Virus record (IMG/VR): IMGVR_UViG_3300044769_000040
Span: 1-62,713 of that record
From: a virus
Taxonomy: Duplodnaviria; Caudoviricetes
Reading direction: 5' to 3' (one strand)
Length of the DNA stretch: 62,713 bases
A program made the position numbers and the translations under genes. Each line of letters opens with the position of its first letter. Within the stretch, counting starts at the first letter, position 1. The notes below the pieces were generated by a model that ran no database searches, was not told the DNA's origin, and saw nothing but the letters and a program-made list of their open reading frames with translations. This document shows positions 9,965 to 19,794 of the stretch, in pieces.

Positions 9965-10254
9965 CTTGTCTCACCCCCCTCCGCCACTTCGGCCGTAACA
10001 ACAACTGGTGCCACGTACGCTTCTTCGACCGGTTCAGGATAGACGTAACCGGGCATCTCGGTGTTCAGCTCTGTCTCAGGTTGACTTGACTTCTCGACGG
10101 TAATGCCGTGAGCATTCTTGAGGAACTCCGCCTGCTCGTCGCTAAGTTCAGCGACAACGTGGGTCTTGTTCTTGATCAGGCCCACAGGGGGCACCTCAAA
10201 GAGTACATCGTCCATGGCGTCTGGTCTGTCTAGGCTCACTTTGTACTTGCCCAC
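9961..10254 (-). CDS. Hypothetical virion-region protein
   Basis: 97 aa, SD upstream, overlaps next gene. Confidence 0.6.
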   Translation of the reverse strand: MGKYKVSLDRPDAMDDVLFEVPPVGLIKNKTHVVAELSDEQAEFLKNAHGITVEKSSQPETELNTEMPGYVYPEPVEEAYVAPVVVTAEVAEGGETS

Positions 10255-10270
10255 TAACCTTCACCCCCTT

Positions 10271-10717
10271 CTAGAACCCCTCACGACTGAGGCCGTCCCA
10301 CGTGAGCCTGGTTGCACGTATCATCTCACTTTCCCGGAATCTTACTCCGGGGTCGATATTACTGACGTATCCGAAGATGACAAGACCACCGAGAGTGAGG
10401 TCCTCATGAAGCTTCGCCTCTACTAGCTCGGACAACTCTTCGGACTCCTTCTTGTTGATCTCAGTCGACTGAATCTTGCCGTGTTCCAGCATCATCAGGA
10501 CTGTGAATTGGATCTCGAACCGGTGTGTTGAGTTCCCGCCTCGGGCCTTGCGACCTGACTCTACAGAGATTGCAGGGAACTCGGGGATCAACTGTTGGAA
10601 GCCGTAGAAGACACCCTTGATAGTGAGCTCGTCTGCTGACTCGGTGAGGATATCGACGATACGCTGCGTGATGACTGGCGCTCGCCATTCGAGGGTTCCT
10701 ATCTGCACTAAGACCAC
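10271..10717 (-). CDS. Tail terminator-like protein
   Basis: 148 aa; FPAISVE and DLTLGGLV motifs; synteny. Confidence 0.65.
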   Translation of the reverse strand: MVLVQIGTLEWRAPVITQRIVDILTESADELTIKGVFYGFQQLIPEFPAISVESGRKARGGNSTHRFEIQFTVLMMLEHGKIQSTEINKKESEELSELVEAKLHEDLTLGGLVIFGYVSNIDPGVRFRESEMIRATRLTWDGLSREGF

Positions 10718-11259
10718 TCCGGACCGCTGATGAAGTCAAGGAACAACTCCCCCATCTCATCCTGAGCAGCTTCGGAAATGTAGGTGTAGTCACGTTGAGG
10801 CATCTTGGAAGTTCCTTCGACGTGGTAGCCTCCGTAGCCTGTGGGGTCTTGAAGAACGGCAACGACGTCTTGTCCGCTTCCGCCGATAGCCCAGCTATTG
10901 GGATCGACAGCTCCTTTTCGAAGAGCGCCTGTCCGCTGTAGGATCTTCACAGCACTAGCGAACCCTGAGAAGATACGATCCTGGAACTCTGAAGTACCTT
11001 CTCGGAAGCTCTCTGTGCCTCCTACGCCTCCGATGTCACCCATGACACGGGTTCGAATTGTCCCCGGGGCTAGTGGAGTCCAGTGGCTTGGGCGACCCTC
11101 TACTTCAAAGTTCAGGTCGATCTCAGTCGCTGCGATCTCAGTTGCTTCTCGCATCGGCTCTTCAAGTTGCTGAGCCCTCTCTGCCGCAGAGAAGAAGGCC
11201 TGAGCAACGATTGCCGGCTGAGGAATCCAGACGACTTCGATGCCAAGCCTGATAGGCAC
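10708..11259 (-). CDS. Virion morphogenesis / tail completion protein (Mu gpG-like)
   Basis: NFEVEGRPSHWTPLAP, ILQRTGALR, GTSKMPQRDY motifs. Confidence 0.8.
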   Translation of the reverse strand: MPIRLGIEVVWIPQPAIVAQAFFSAAERAQQLEEPMREATEIAATEIDLNFEVEGRPSHWTPLAPGTIRTRVMGDIGGVGGTESFREGTSEFQDRIFSGFASAVKILQRTGALRKGAVDPNSWAIGGSGQDVVAVLQDPTGYGGYHVEGTSKMPQRDYTYISEAAQDEMGELFLDFISGPEWS

Positions 11260-11772
11260 TTAGAACACCTCGTCCATGTTGAAGAACCTCAGAGGGTCAC
11301 CTTCCTCGACACCGACTAGTAAGGAGCCTGTCTCGACAACTGTGGTGTCATTAGGCCAGAAGTCTCCTTCGCCAAAGGTCAGTTCGCTTACGAGGTCATC
11401 ACCGGTAGTAGGATCGATGAGGCTAGCATTCCCTGAGCGCAATGCATCTAGAAGACGCATTGCACGATCTTCTAGACCCTGAGCGAAGGTACTCGGAGTC
11501 ATTGTCTCCTCCGAGTACCTTCGCTGGTACCTGTACGCTGCCATCAGAAGGCTGACGATGGTTCTCACTAGGTCAGGTACAGCCTCTGCTGGAGGCACAA
11601 GTGGGTCTGTAGTTGTCCAGAGAAGGACGTGGTCTGGATAGAGATCGATCAAAGCTGCCTTGGTGATTGTTTCGGCCTCTGAGCGCTCCGGCTCCGCGTC
11701 CTCTTCATTTTCGAAGCGGATCTTGGTTCCGTCGAGCCAGCTATTGGCATCGGAGTAGAGCGCTAGAGTCAT
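11260..11772 (-). CDS. Head-tail adaptor (Mu gp36-like)
   Basis: VPDLVRTIVSLLMAAYRY...AMRLLDALRSG; position after capsid. Confidence 0.7.
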   Translation of the reverse strand: MTLALYSDANSWLDGTKIRFENEEDAEPERSEAETITKAALIDLYPDHVLLWTTTDPLVPPAEAVPDLVRTIVSLLMAAYRYQRRYSEETMTPSTFAQGLEDRAMRLLDALRSGNASLIDPTTGDDLVSELTFGEGDFWPNDTTVVETGSLLVGVEEGDPLRFFNMDEVF

Positions 11773-12014
11773 TAGGAACTACCCCCCGCTGACTTTGAAG
11801 GGCCAACCTTCGGAGCCTCTTCGACCTTCGGGGGCTCCGGTTCTGGCTCAGGAGCAGCCTCCGGCTCAGGAACAGTAACAGCTGCTCCCTCGCCTTCGAT
11901 TGCTCCAGCTGCCTTCAAGGAGGCAATCGTCTCAGCGTCCAGCCCTTCGGGGATCTCCTCCCCAGGCTGGACCGACTTGCCACCTCCCAGAAGGATCACA
12001 ATTGCTGCCTTCAT
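11772..12014 (-). CDS. Hypothetical protein
   Basis: 80 aa, Pro/Glu-rich tail, SD upstream. Confidence 0.6.
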   Translation of the reverse strand: MKAAIVILLGGGKSVQPGEEIPEGLDAETIASLKAAGAIEGEGAAVTVPEPEAAPEPEPEPPKVEEAPKVGPSKSAGGSS

Positions 12015-12025
12015 CAGCTCCCCTC

Positions 12026-12586
12026 TCAGGCTAGGACCTTAGCAGCCCTAAGAGCTGCCAGGATGGTGTTCAGCTTTGCCTTGATCTCGTTGATCAGAGT
12101 CTGTTCTGCCGCACCGTATGTAGCATCTGCATCTGCAGTAGTGATTGTAGCGATAGACAGACTGAAGGTGGCCTGCTCCCGCGGACGCAAGAGGCCGTAG
12201 TAGATGTGCCGATTCGCTCCCCCGAACCCAGCTGCATTCAAAGCTGAGAGGGCGGAGTTGAGCTTGGCCTTCAACTCGTTGATGAGATCTGCCTCAGGCT
12301 GACCGTATACTGCATCTGTGTCAGCAGTAGCAGCCGCAGTAACGTTCGCCTGCAGGAGTCTGCCTGACTTAGAACCCCAGACAGACCCCTGCTTGACGAC
12401 CGTCCCGTTGATGATGTTAGCAGAGCGAAGGGCAGTCAACATGGAGTTGATCTTACCCTTCATGCTGTTCACCAGAGTGGACTCAGCAGCAGCCCAAGCT
12501 CCTGTGGCGTCCGTGTTTGCTTCGTCAGTCACATTGGTCTGATAGAATTGGAACTTTCGGTGCCCGAAGATGACAGGAGCTGCCAT
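12026..12586 (-). CDS. Head fibre / decoration protein with 3 internal repeats
   Basis: Repeated INE(L/I)KAKLNxxLxALRAA motif. Confidence 0.65.
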   Translation of the reverse strand: MAAPVIFGHRKFQFYQTNVTDEANTDATGAWAAAESTLVNSMKGKINSMLTALRSANIINGTVVKQGSVWGSKSGRLLQANVTAAATADTDAVYGQPEADLINELKAKLNSALSALNAAGFGGANRHIYYGLLRPREQATFSLSIATITTADADATYGAAEQTLINEIKAKLNTILAALRAAKVLA

Positions 12587-12599
12587 AGGATCATCCCCC

Positions 12600-13574
12600 T
12601 TATGTCAAGAGGTCCTTGAGCAGGTATCCTGCGCCGTTCGAGTCACCAGTGCCGTCGACGACAATGAGCTTGACATCGTAGCGGCGACGCACTCGGACAA
12701 CATCCGAGGCTCGCCTCTCCTCGCGCCAACGCTCTGTGGCCATCACTGAGCCACCAGCACGCGAGTAACCCCACACGAACTCGTAACCGTACGCCGGGAC
12801 CTTGCGGCCAGGACGTGGGGGAACGTAGGCAAGGACCATGTCGTCCAGCCAGAGGTACCCGAACGTCTCAGCCTGTCCGTAGACGCTGGTCACGACTCCA
12901 GCGCCTGCGCGCCGGAACTGCGGGATGCCAAGAACCTGCGAGATGAGATCGTCGTTGGCAATGCCAAGCTGTGAGTGCTTGATCCGCTCGATGAAGTCCG
13001 GGTGATCCTCGAGTGCCACTGCGGTGCTGTAACCCACGAGGGCAGTGTTCGGATCACGGAACAGCGCGTTGTGAATCGCCGTACGTCCAGTCTTCACGTC
13101 TGCGATCGGGTCGGACGTAGTGTAGTTGTTCCACTTGTTCGCTGGAGTTGCTGTGAAGCCAGATGCGTAGTTGGCTGTAGTGGTTGCGATGTCGACCATG
13201 ATCTTCTCACGGTTCAAGAGAATCGTGTTGGTCACACGCTCGGTTGCGTCCATCGCGGGCTGAAGAGGCTGGTCTGCATTCTCGACCTCCTCATCAGGCA
13301 CGACATCTTCGAGAGCGTGCTCTTCGGCGAAGTAGCCGTCACGTGAGAGAGTCATCGGTGGGAGCTCGTTGGCCTCCGACCCCGGAGCCCGGATGTCGTC
13401 AGTCACGCGCCCCCAGAGGTCGCGGTTGTACACGTAGTACCTGTCGGACTGCTTAGCAACTCCGACCTGTGGGAAGAGCATGCTCGCCACGAACTGGTCG
13501 GGGTTGTCGAAGCCAACGGAAATGTCCGTCAGCATCGAGTCCAGGTGGAGCAGTTGAGGATCTCCGTATGCCAT
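12600..13574 (-). CDS. Major capsid protein
   Basis: 324 aa; LTDISVGF, FPQVGV, RAPG, SDPIADV, PNT motifs of gpE-like capsids. Confidence 0.9.
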   Translation of the reverse strand: MAYGDPQLLHLDSMLTDISVGFDNPDQFVASMLFPQVGVAKQSDRYYVYNRDLWGRVTDDIRAPGSEANELPPMTLSRDGYFAEEHALEDVVPDEEVENADQPLQPAMDATERVTNTILLNREKIMVDIATTTANYASGFTATPANKWNNYTTSDPIADVKTGRTAIHNALFRDPNTALVGYSTAVALEDHPDFIERIKHSQLGIANDDLISQVLGIPQFRRAGAGVVTSVYGQAETFGYLWLDDMVLAYVPPRPGRKVPAYGYEFVWGYSRAGGSVMATERWREERRASDVVRVRRRYDVKLIVVDGTGDSNGAGYLLKDLLT

Positions 13575-13589
13575 TCTACTCCACCTCCC

Positions 13590-13982
13590 TTATGCCTTAG
13601 CCAACGTGAACACGTATGGCAGAAGCAGAACCGGGATCCAGTCACCCGCGTTAGCTGCAGCCTTGAGAGCCTTGCCCATTGCGAACTGCGTTGCAACACA
13701 TGTCTGTGCGCGTCCGTTAGTCGACGGAGCAACGAAGTCGAAACGTGTGATTGCAGCAGCAGCCTCAACCCAGGCCACACCAAGCACCTGGACTGCGGTT
13801 GCCTTACCTGCAGCGAACTCGGAGGCTGAGATGTCAACCTTCGCAACCCCGATCGCCTGGTCTGTCACTGCCGTAACAGCAGCTACCGCCTGGTCACCTG
13901 ACAGCTTCACGAAGCGAAGCTTGGTGATGGCAGTGGTCGCCTGATACGGGAGTTCCAGGACTCCTGTGTCTGCACCGGCCAA
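13590..13982 (-). CDS. Capsid decoration/cement protein (DUF2190-like)
   Basis: 130 aa, Ala-rich; VQVLGVAWVEAAAAI and GKALKAAANAGDWIPVLL; just upstream of MCP. Confidence 0.8.
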   Translation of the reverse strand: MAGADTGVLELPYQATTAITKLRFVKLSGDQAVAAVTAVTDQAIGVAKVDISASEFAAGKATAVQVLGVAWVEAAAAITRFDFVAPSTNGRAQTCVATQFAMGKALKAAANAGDWIPVLLLPYVFTLAKA

Positions 13983-13987
13983 CTATC

Positions 13988-14680
13988 TCACCCCCCTGCT
14001 TCCACTTCGATCCGCTGAGTTGCCTTACGGTACCCCTCAGCAAGCTGAGGGTTCTTCTTGGCCGTCTCCCTGACTGCCTCTTCAAGAGACATGTCCGGGT
14101 TCTCCTTACGGACTGCGGCGAGAGCCACGGTGAACTCTTCTCCCTCATCCCCAAGGACAACGGCCGCGGAGCCGATTTCCTGAGACATCACGAAACCGAC
14201 CTCGAGAAGACCATCGATGAACTCGTCGAACTTCTTCCGCCCACTGGGCGGCAGAGTCCCACGGACCTCGGTGATCAGCTCGTCAAGAGCCGGAGGAATA
14301 CCTCCGAAGTCGCCGCCACGGTGCCAGTCACCCAGCCTGTGGCTAAGCTGCTCTTGGGCCAGAGCCTTCTTGGTCTCCTCGAGGATCTTGTACTCCTCGG
14401 GGAACTGCTTCTGCATCTGGCGCATCCTCTGACCCTCTGGGGGTCGGATGGACTTCGCCTTCTCAAGCAGGTCCTCCTTCGAGCTCTCCTTCGGCAGGCC
14501 AAAGGCCTCAGTCAGTTCGGAGAACGTCACGACGTCCTCCCGCTCCTTGGGAGCAGGTGGATCGCCGGGCTTCGGAGCAGGTTCCGTGAACTTCTTCGTC
14601 ATCTCGTCCAGGATCTGCTCTTCGGTCGCGTCCTCCTTCAGACCGAGCCTTTCGGCAAGCTTCTTGAGAAACTCTTCCAT
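13988..14680 (-). CDS. Capsid scaffolding protein
   Basis: 230 aa, acidic and helical; LGLKEDATEEQI; between protease and capsid genes. Confidence 0.7.
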   Translation of the reverse strand: MEEFLKKLAERLGLKEDATEEQILDEMTKKFTEPAPKPGDPPAPKEREDVVTFSELTEAFGLPKESSKEDLLEKAKSIRPPEGQRMRQMQKQFPEEYKILEETKKALAQEQLSHRLGDWHRGGDFGGIPPALDELITEVRGTLPPSGRKKFDEFIDGLLEVGFVMSQEIGSAAVVLGDEGEEFTVALAAVRKENPDMSLEEAVRETAKKNPQLAEGYRKATQRIEVEAGG

Positions 14681-14681
14681 G

Positions 14682-15812
14682 TCACCTCCTTACGATAGAC
14701 AGGATCCGCCGGGCAGTGAGTTCGTCCATGAACTCGTCCGCCTTCACTGTTGCCGGCAGACAGGATGTGAAGCCTTTGCGCTTGGCGATTGAAATGATCT
14801 TGGATCGAACGGCACCCCTGTTCTGTTTTGTCAATCCCAGAGCGTGGAAAGCAGCCTTCACGTCCTCGCACTTCTGGATCGGGAAGGATGTTCCTGCTCC
14901 GGCGAAGTCGCTGCTTGGCATCTTCTTGCGAGCGCTGACTGGAATGTCTCTGAACTCTCTGATACTGAGTTCAACTGGGTCAATGTATTCTGGATTGCTC
15001 TCTTCCATGAGGGCGTGTGCGAACATCTCCTTGTGCATTGGCTTGAAGAAGTCACTTGTCCAGTCAGCGCCGATCTTGCCATCGACGACCATGCAGCTAT
15101 TTGAGTTTGGTTGGAAGAAGGCACAGTTCGCGCATCGATACATTGAGTCCTGAGCCATTCTGTATCGAGCATCCTCAGGGTCGTATTTGCCTTCAGGTTG
15201 TTCGAATGCGCCGTCGTCGAGTTCTGCAAAGTTGATTGGAGACAAACCCTTCATGAAGGGACGGTTTGTGAGTGCAGCTCCGAAGAGGACGTCTTCGTAA
15301 CACGACCCCTGAGCATCGCACCAGTCGTCATCGTACTCGATCGACATGTACTTCCACGCGCCGTCCTTTACTTCCTTCAAGGCCTCGCCGGTCCATGATA
15401 CCTGTCCCCACATGCCATCACTGCGCTGGTCAAGACTGATTAGCCAACCAGCTGCTTTTGTTCCTTTGGCCTGATCATGCTTGTGGGCGTAATCGATGTC
15501 CAGCATGATGCCTCGAACGTTCTTCCGGAAGTTCTTCACGAAGTTGCTGATCTTGTCCTTGGTCATGTTGATCTGACCAAAGACAGGATGGTCGAAGCTG
15601 CCGTAGCGGAGAAGGTGAACCCAGGTCTTTTTGTCCTCTGCTAGTCCGATGTCAGCTAGGTCAATGACGAACCCCATATGACCATCGCTCATGACCGCAG
15701 AGTTGCAAATCGCGTAAGCAGCCGACTGCCTCTTCTTCTCGTCCGGCCACTTCGTCTTGTTGGCAGGCTTCGCCATGAAGCTCTGCACGCAGGATTCTAC
15801 CTTAGGTGGCAT
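14682..15812 (-). CDS. Prohead maturation protease (Mu gpI-like) with accessory domains
   Basis: LDIDYAH, AAGW, WT, YMSIEY, GAALTNRPFMKGL motifs. Confidence 0.88.
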   Translation of the reverse strand: MPPKVESCVQSFMAKPANKTKWPDEKKRQSAAYAICNSAVMSDGHMGFVIDLADIGLAEDKKTWVHLLRYGSFDHPVFGQINMTKDKISNFVKNFRKNVRGIMLDIDYAHKHDQAKGTKAAGWLISLDQRSDGMWGQVSWTGEALKEVKDGAWKYMSIEYDDDWCDAQGSCYEDVLFGAALTNRPFMKGLSPINFAELDDGAFEQPEGKYDPEDARYRMAQDSMYRCANCAFFQPNSNSCMVVDGKIGADWTSDFFKPMHKEMFAHALMEESNPEYIDPVELSIREFRDIPVSARKKMPSSDFAGAGTSFPIQKCEDVKAAFHALGLTKQNRGAVRSKIISIAKRKGFTSCLPATVKADEFMDELTARRILSIVRR

Positions 15813-16022
15813 CTACACCTCCTTCCGATCCCGCGTCCAACCTGCCGTTGAAGGAGTAGTTCGAGACCATACTGGGAGGTTGGTAAAGGTCTCGGCAAGA
15901 TGACCGACCCTACAGTCCACGTTGGTTCCAGCACCAACAGCTGTAATGACTGCAGGGCGAACCTTGCCCGCAGTAGTGCGGACGCTCACATGCCGATTTA
16001 CCTTTCGGGCATCTAGTGGCAT
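15813..16022 (-). CDS. Hypothetical protein
   Basis: 69 aa abutting protease start; promoter upstream. Confidence 0.6.
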   Translation of the reverse strand: MPLDARKVNRHVSVRTTAGKVRPAVITAVGAGTNVDCRVGHLAETFTNLPVWSRTTPSTAGWTRDRKEV

Positions 16023-16028
16023 CTCTGT

Positions 16029-16063
16029 CTCCTAGTATAGCTGAAACGTCCCATCGAAAGCAA
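16029..16063 (-). promoter_or_regulatory. Putative late promoter (TTGCTT-18-TATACT)
   Basis: Contains 15-bp CAGCTATACTAGGAG shared exactly with 26522-26536. Confidence 0.55.
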
Positions 16064-16073
16064 ACGGGGTCAG

Positions 16074-16439
16074 CTAGATGTCAGTAATTTCGAAGAACCC
16101 GTGCATGACCACGTCTCGCTTGTTGGCTTTGATCACGTCTAGGTGGAAGTAGTGGACTGCTGGGGCGGCGAGGTGAGTGGAGGAACATTGGATAGTGACC
16201 TCCGAGTACTTGTCCCCCACCCCCGTGCCGTCATCTATTATCACGATCGTTCCGGCTGCCTTAGTGTAGGTAAAGAGTGCGCTACCATCAGGGTCAGACA
16301 GTTTGGCCTTGACATAGAACTCGACTTCAGGGTTACCGTCCAACAAGTAAGGATTAGTTCCGCCTCCAGGGATCTTCTTCTTCAGTCGAATAGTCAACAG
16401 TGGGTCACTATCCTCCTTCACAACTATGCGGGTACTCAT
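16074..16439 (-). CDS. BppU-N-like (Ig-type) structural protein
   Basis: 121 aa beta-rich; YFHLDV...GFFEI ending resembles BppU-family N domains. Confidence 0.5.
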   Translation of the reverse strand: MSTRIVVKEDSDPLLTIRLKKKIPGGGTNPYLLDGNPEVEFYVKAKLSDPDGSALFTYTKAAGTIVIIDDGTGVGDKYSEVTIQCSSTHLAAPAVHYFHLDVIKANKRDVVMHGFFEITDI

Positions 16440-16440
16440 C

Positions 16441-19155
16441 TCACCCCCCTTCTTCCGGCTCTATGGGTTGGTAGACATCGTCGCTGGATGTGGTCTCAAG
16501 AATGTCCACGACAGCCGTATAGGTGTAGTCGTCTACAATCGCTTCGAACGGACCCCAAGGCTGTGGCGGAGTTGGAGGCCCTGAAAGCACAATGAAGGCC
16601 GATACATCGTGCGACCCTGAGGAGTGATCCTCGATGGTTGTCCGCGATGGGAACAGTGCCTCTACGCTCCCTTGGAACGTAGAGTACCCAGCAGCCACTA
16701 GACCCTCAATTGTCTCAAACTGAGTGAGGGTCGAAGTGTCATCGACAACAACGTTGATGGACTCTGTAACACTGACGTTGATTGTCGCAAAGATGTAAGC
16801 AACGTCCTGTACCGCCGCGACGCTGTAGTCCTCAATCGTCAGCACAGACGGCTGGAAGGCTTCGACGGTCCCGTAGAAGACGCTGTAGTTAGCCGCTACG
16901 AGACCAACGATGCCCTCAAACTGCTGTACCGTGGCCTGGTCATCGACCGTGACGTTGATTGCGTCACTAACGTCGACAGAAACAGGTATCCCGCTAAGGA
17001 ATGAGGTGTCAGTAACAACCTGGTTGCTGTAGTCCTCGACGGTAAGGCCTGCGTTCTCTAGAGGCTCGACTGACCCTTGGAATGTAGTGTAGTTCGCTCC
17101 CACTAGCTCTTCTACTGCAGCAGGAGGTGCCTGGCCCGCAAGGAACCATGTGACGTCAAGGGACGTTGTCGAAAGGTACTCATCCCAAGTAGGAGTGACT
17201 TCAGCTTCGACTGTACCATAGAAGGTAGAGTAGCCAGCTACTACTAGGCCCTCGATAGTCTCGAACTCGTCAACCTGTGAGGTGTCATCGACAGTGACGT
17301 TGATGGAATCGGAGACATCAACGAGCCTGTCTGCAAAGATAAAGGCAGTTTCGACGTTGCCTTCATTTTCAACGGTCAGTCCTTCAGGTAACCAGAACTC
17401 AGTAAGATCTGGAGACTGACCGTAATTTGGATCTGCTGCGACGAGCTCCTCGATAGAAGCAGACGGAGCCTGCCCTACAATGAAGCCGGAGACGTCAATC
17501 GAAGCCGTACTTTGGTACTCATCCCACGTAGGAGCGGTCTGAGCCTCTACGTCTCCCTGGAATGCAGTGTAGTTGGCGGCAACCAGACCCTCGATGCTCT
17601 CGAACTGTTCGCGGACAGAAGTGTCAGTGACAGTGACATTGATAGCATCAGTGACGTCAACATTCCGGGTAGCGAAGATAAACGCCACATCGTGAACAAC
17701 TGCGTAGTCATTATCCCACGGTGGAGCTCTTGGCATGTGGAGACTCTCGTAGTCGGAGAGTTGCACGATGTCGTGTGCAGCGATGATCTCCGGAGTAGTT
17801 GCATCCGAGGGTGGTAAGACCTGTGAGAAGACCCATGTCGCATCGAGGACAGTCACAGTCAGCGACTGTGACTGCTCGGCGGTATCGTCATACTGTGCCA
17901 TGTACATCGTCTCGCCGTCTGGCGACTGACCCATGGGCACGTGATTGGCTGCGATGAGCACTTCAATCGGGGACTCGACGCTTAGGATGCCCACGTACTC
18001 GACCATCACCGCGTTGAACGCGACATCGGGGGCTGCGTCCGTGCTGAAACCGAAGCGAATCTTGCACGCTTCGAGCGTGCTCTGGCTCCACCCGCCCGAA
18101 GGCGCGGCGGTAGCCTCGCGCTTGTAGCCGTTGTAGATCGTCGCCGAAGTCGAAGGGTCAACTAGCCCTGTGGTCGCTAGCGTGGTCCCGGCCGAGTCCA
18201 CCAGGCGCGCCTCACCGTTGCACGCGGTTGTGGCATCCTCTGCTGCGAACAGAGCACGGATGCCCGCGTTCCAGACTGTGCTCAACGTGGGGGCGAGCGT
18301 GGCGAGCAGATATTCCAGATATCCCGCAGCAGCGTTCGCAGTCTGCTGGTCATAGTCCTCGCCGGTCTGCGTGAGGTTTGGAGTGGTCCCGTCCCACGCG
18401 TCGTCGATGGCCGCGAGCAGAGCCGCGTCGGTGGAAGCCCCCGCCTGGTCGGTGAACGCGCCTGTGCTTGGGTTGTGCGTCCCAGTAGCACCGACGATTG
18501 CCATCCCGCAGAAGTGGTCGCCGAGCGGGTGATCGGCCCCAGCGCAGATGATGTAGTCCGAGTACCAGATGTCATACGCACCCTCGGCCCCCGAGCTGCC
18601 GATGCGGAGTGCTGTGATGTTCGCGACGGTCACAGTCCCGGTAGCCGTCCCAACGTCGACGCCGTCGACCTGCAGGTTCAGCGTGCCAGAGGTGGTCGAC
18701 ACGTTGTATCGCGCATCGACTCGGTGCCAGTTGCCATCAGCCACATCCGTCACATCGGTTACCGAAGTACCGCCACCAACCGAGGCTTGGATGAAGCCGC
18801 TCGACGTCATCCGGACTGTGCCGTTGTTCGTCGACGCGAACAACGCCATGATCTTGTCGGCAGCGGGGTTGGTCGTGTCGGTAGTTCGGAAGTAGAACGA
18901 GATGCAGATGTCGTTGGTGGGCGTATCGTAGTTCATGGAGTACCGAACGCCAAGGGTTGCGCTGTACGCCATCTTGAGTGACACCGCGTGGTCCGGCGTT
19001 CGCACGACAGACGGGTCAAACGTGATCTCGTTGCCGTCGTGTACCGGAGGCGCAGAGCTATCTATAATGCCGTCAACCCACGCGGGTGATACTCCAGCGT
19101 TCGCAACCTCAAGAACCCGATGCTGGAAGGACTCTATCCGCTTGACGGTCGGCAT
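16441..19155 (-). CDS. Large acidic virion-associated protein (LamG-like N-terminus, repeat-rich C-terminus)
   Basis: 904 aa; DGNWHRVD...LQVDG LamG-like motif; 4 VDVSDAINVTVDD-type repeats. Confidence 0.65.
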   Translation of the reverse strand: MPTVKRIESFQHRVLEVANAGVSPAWVDGIIDSSAPPVHDGNEITFDPSVVRTPDHAVSLKMAYSATLGVRYSMNYDTPTNDICISFYFRTTDTTNPAADKIMALFASTNNGTVRMTSSGFIQASVGGGTSVTDVTDVADGNWHRVDARYNVSTTSGTLNLQVDGVDVGTATGTVTVANITALRIGSSGAEGAYDIWYSDYIICAGADHPLGDHFCGMAIVGATGTHNPSTGAFTDQAGASTDAALLAAIDDAWDGTTPNLTQTGEDYDQQTANAAAGYLEYLLATLAPTLSTVWNAGIRALFAAEDATTACNGEARLVDSAGTTLATTGLVDPSTSATIYNGYKREATAAPSGGWSQSTLEACKIRFGFSTDAAPDVAFNAVMVEYVGILSVESPIEVLIAANHVPMGQSPDGETMYMAQYDDTAEQSQSLTVTVLDATWVFSQVLPPSDATTPEIIAAHDIVQLSDYESLHMPRAPPWDNDYAVVHDVAFIFATRNVDVTDAINVTVTDTSVREQFESIEGLVAANYTAFQGDVEAQTAPTWDEYQSTASIDVSGFIVGQAPSASIEELVAADPNYGQSPDLTEFWLPEGLTVENEGNVETAFIFADRLVDVSDSINVTVDDTSQVDEFETIEGLVVAGYSTFYGTVEAEVTPTWDEYLSTTSLDVTWFLAGQAPPAAVEELVGANYTTFQGSVEPLENAGLTVEDYSNQVVTDTSFLSGIPVSVDVSDAINVTVDDQATVQQFEGIVGLVAANYSVFYGTVEAFQPSVLTIEDYSVAAVQDVAYIFATINVSVTESINVVVDDTSTLTQFETIEGLVAAGYSTFQGSVEALFPSRTTIEDHSSGSHDVSAFIVLSGPPTPPQPWGPFEAIVDDYTYTAVVDILETTSSDDVYQPIEPEEGG

Positions 19156-19222
19156 CAGGTCTCACCGCGCACGATTGTCACGCCAAGATCAAAGCAAACA
19201 AAAGGGTAAGCTTCTTCATTAG

Positions 19223-19573
19223 CTACTCCCTGATGACCTTTGGAGGTCGTGGCAGAACGGGCGGGTTCTCTCTCCCAGGAGCCCACAGTCCTGGCTCTTG
19301 AATAACCTCTTCGGCTTTGTAAATGACTTCTTTGAGATGACCTTGGCAGAAGGGAATAATGATCCAGCTGTGCAGTGGTAGCTTAGCAAGTAGCCTAGTG
19401 TACCAGTCGAGCTGTGGAGGAGTGTCGTCGATGAAGAGCTCTGCAGTTCCGTAGACCGGATCGTCGCACTCTTCAACGGCGCACTTCTTGTACGCCTTCA
19501 CGACAACTTGAGGTGACGGCCCTGGGCGGAACCCAGGGCCGTACCTCTTCTCGTCGAGGGTCGGCCTTCTCAT
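19223..19573 (-). CDS. Hypothetical protein
   Basis: 116 aa, ATGA overlap with upstream gene. Confidence 0.55.
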   Translation of the reverse strand: MRRPTLDEKRYGPGFRPGPSPQVVVKAYKKCAVEECDDPVYGTAELFIDDTPPQLDWYTRLLAKLPLHSWIIIPFCQGHLKEVIYKAEEVIQEPGLWAPGRENPPVLPRPPKVIRE

Positions 19574-19791
19574 GCGCCCTTGCAGACTGCGCAGGTGACC
19601 GCTTCCATGTCACCGGTGGTAGTGAGTCCGACTGGATCGTTGACTATCTGTCCGCACTTTGTCCTGTAAACAAAGCCCCCACCTGGGGAGTTGTCTGTAG
19701 CCTCTATGTACTCGGGTGTCGCGTTCTGCAGATGTACCTCGACGTACTCCTCAGCCGCAGTAGCAGCCACGCCCTCTTCAGTGTCGCCCAT
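19570..19791 (-). CDS. Small Cys-containing hypothetical protein
   Basis: 73 aa; KCG...VTCAVC; SD upstream. Confidence 0.55.
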   Translation of the reverse strand: MGDTEEGVAATAAEEYVEVHLQNATPEYIEATDNSPGGGFVYRTKCGQIVNDPVGLTTTGDMEAVTCAVCKGA

Positions 19792-19794
19792 GAC

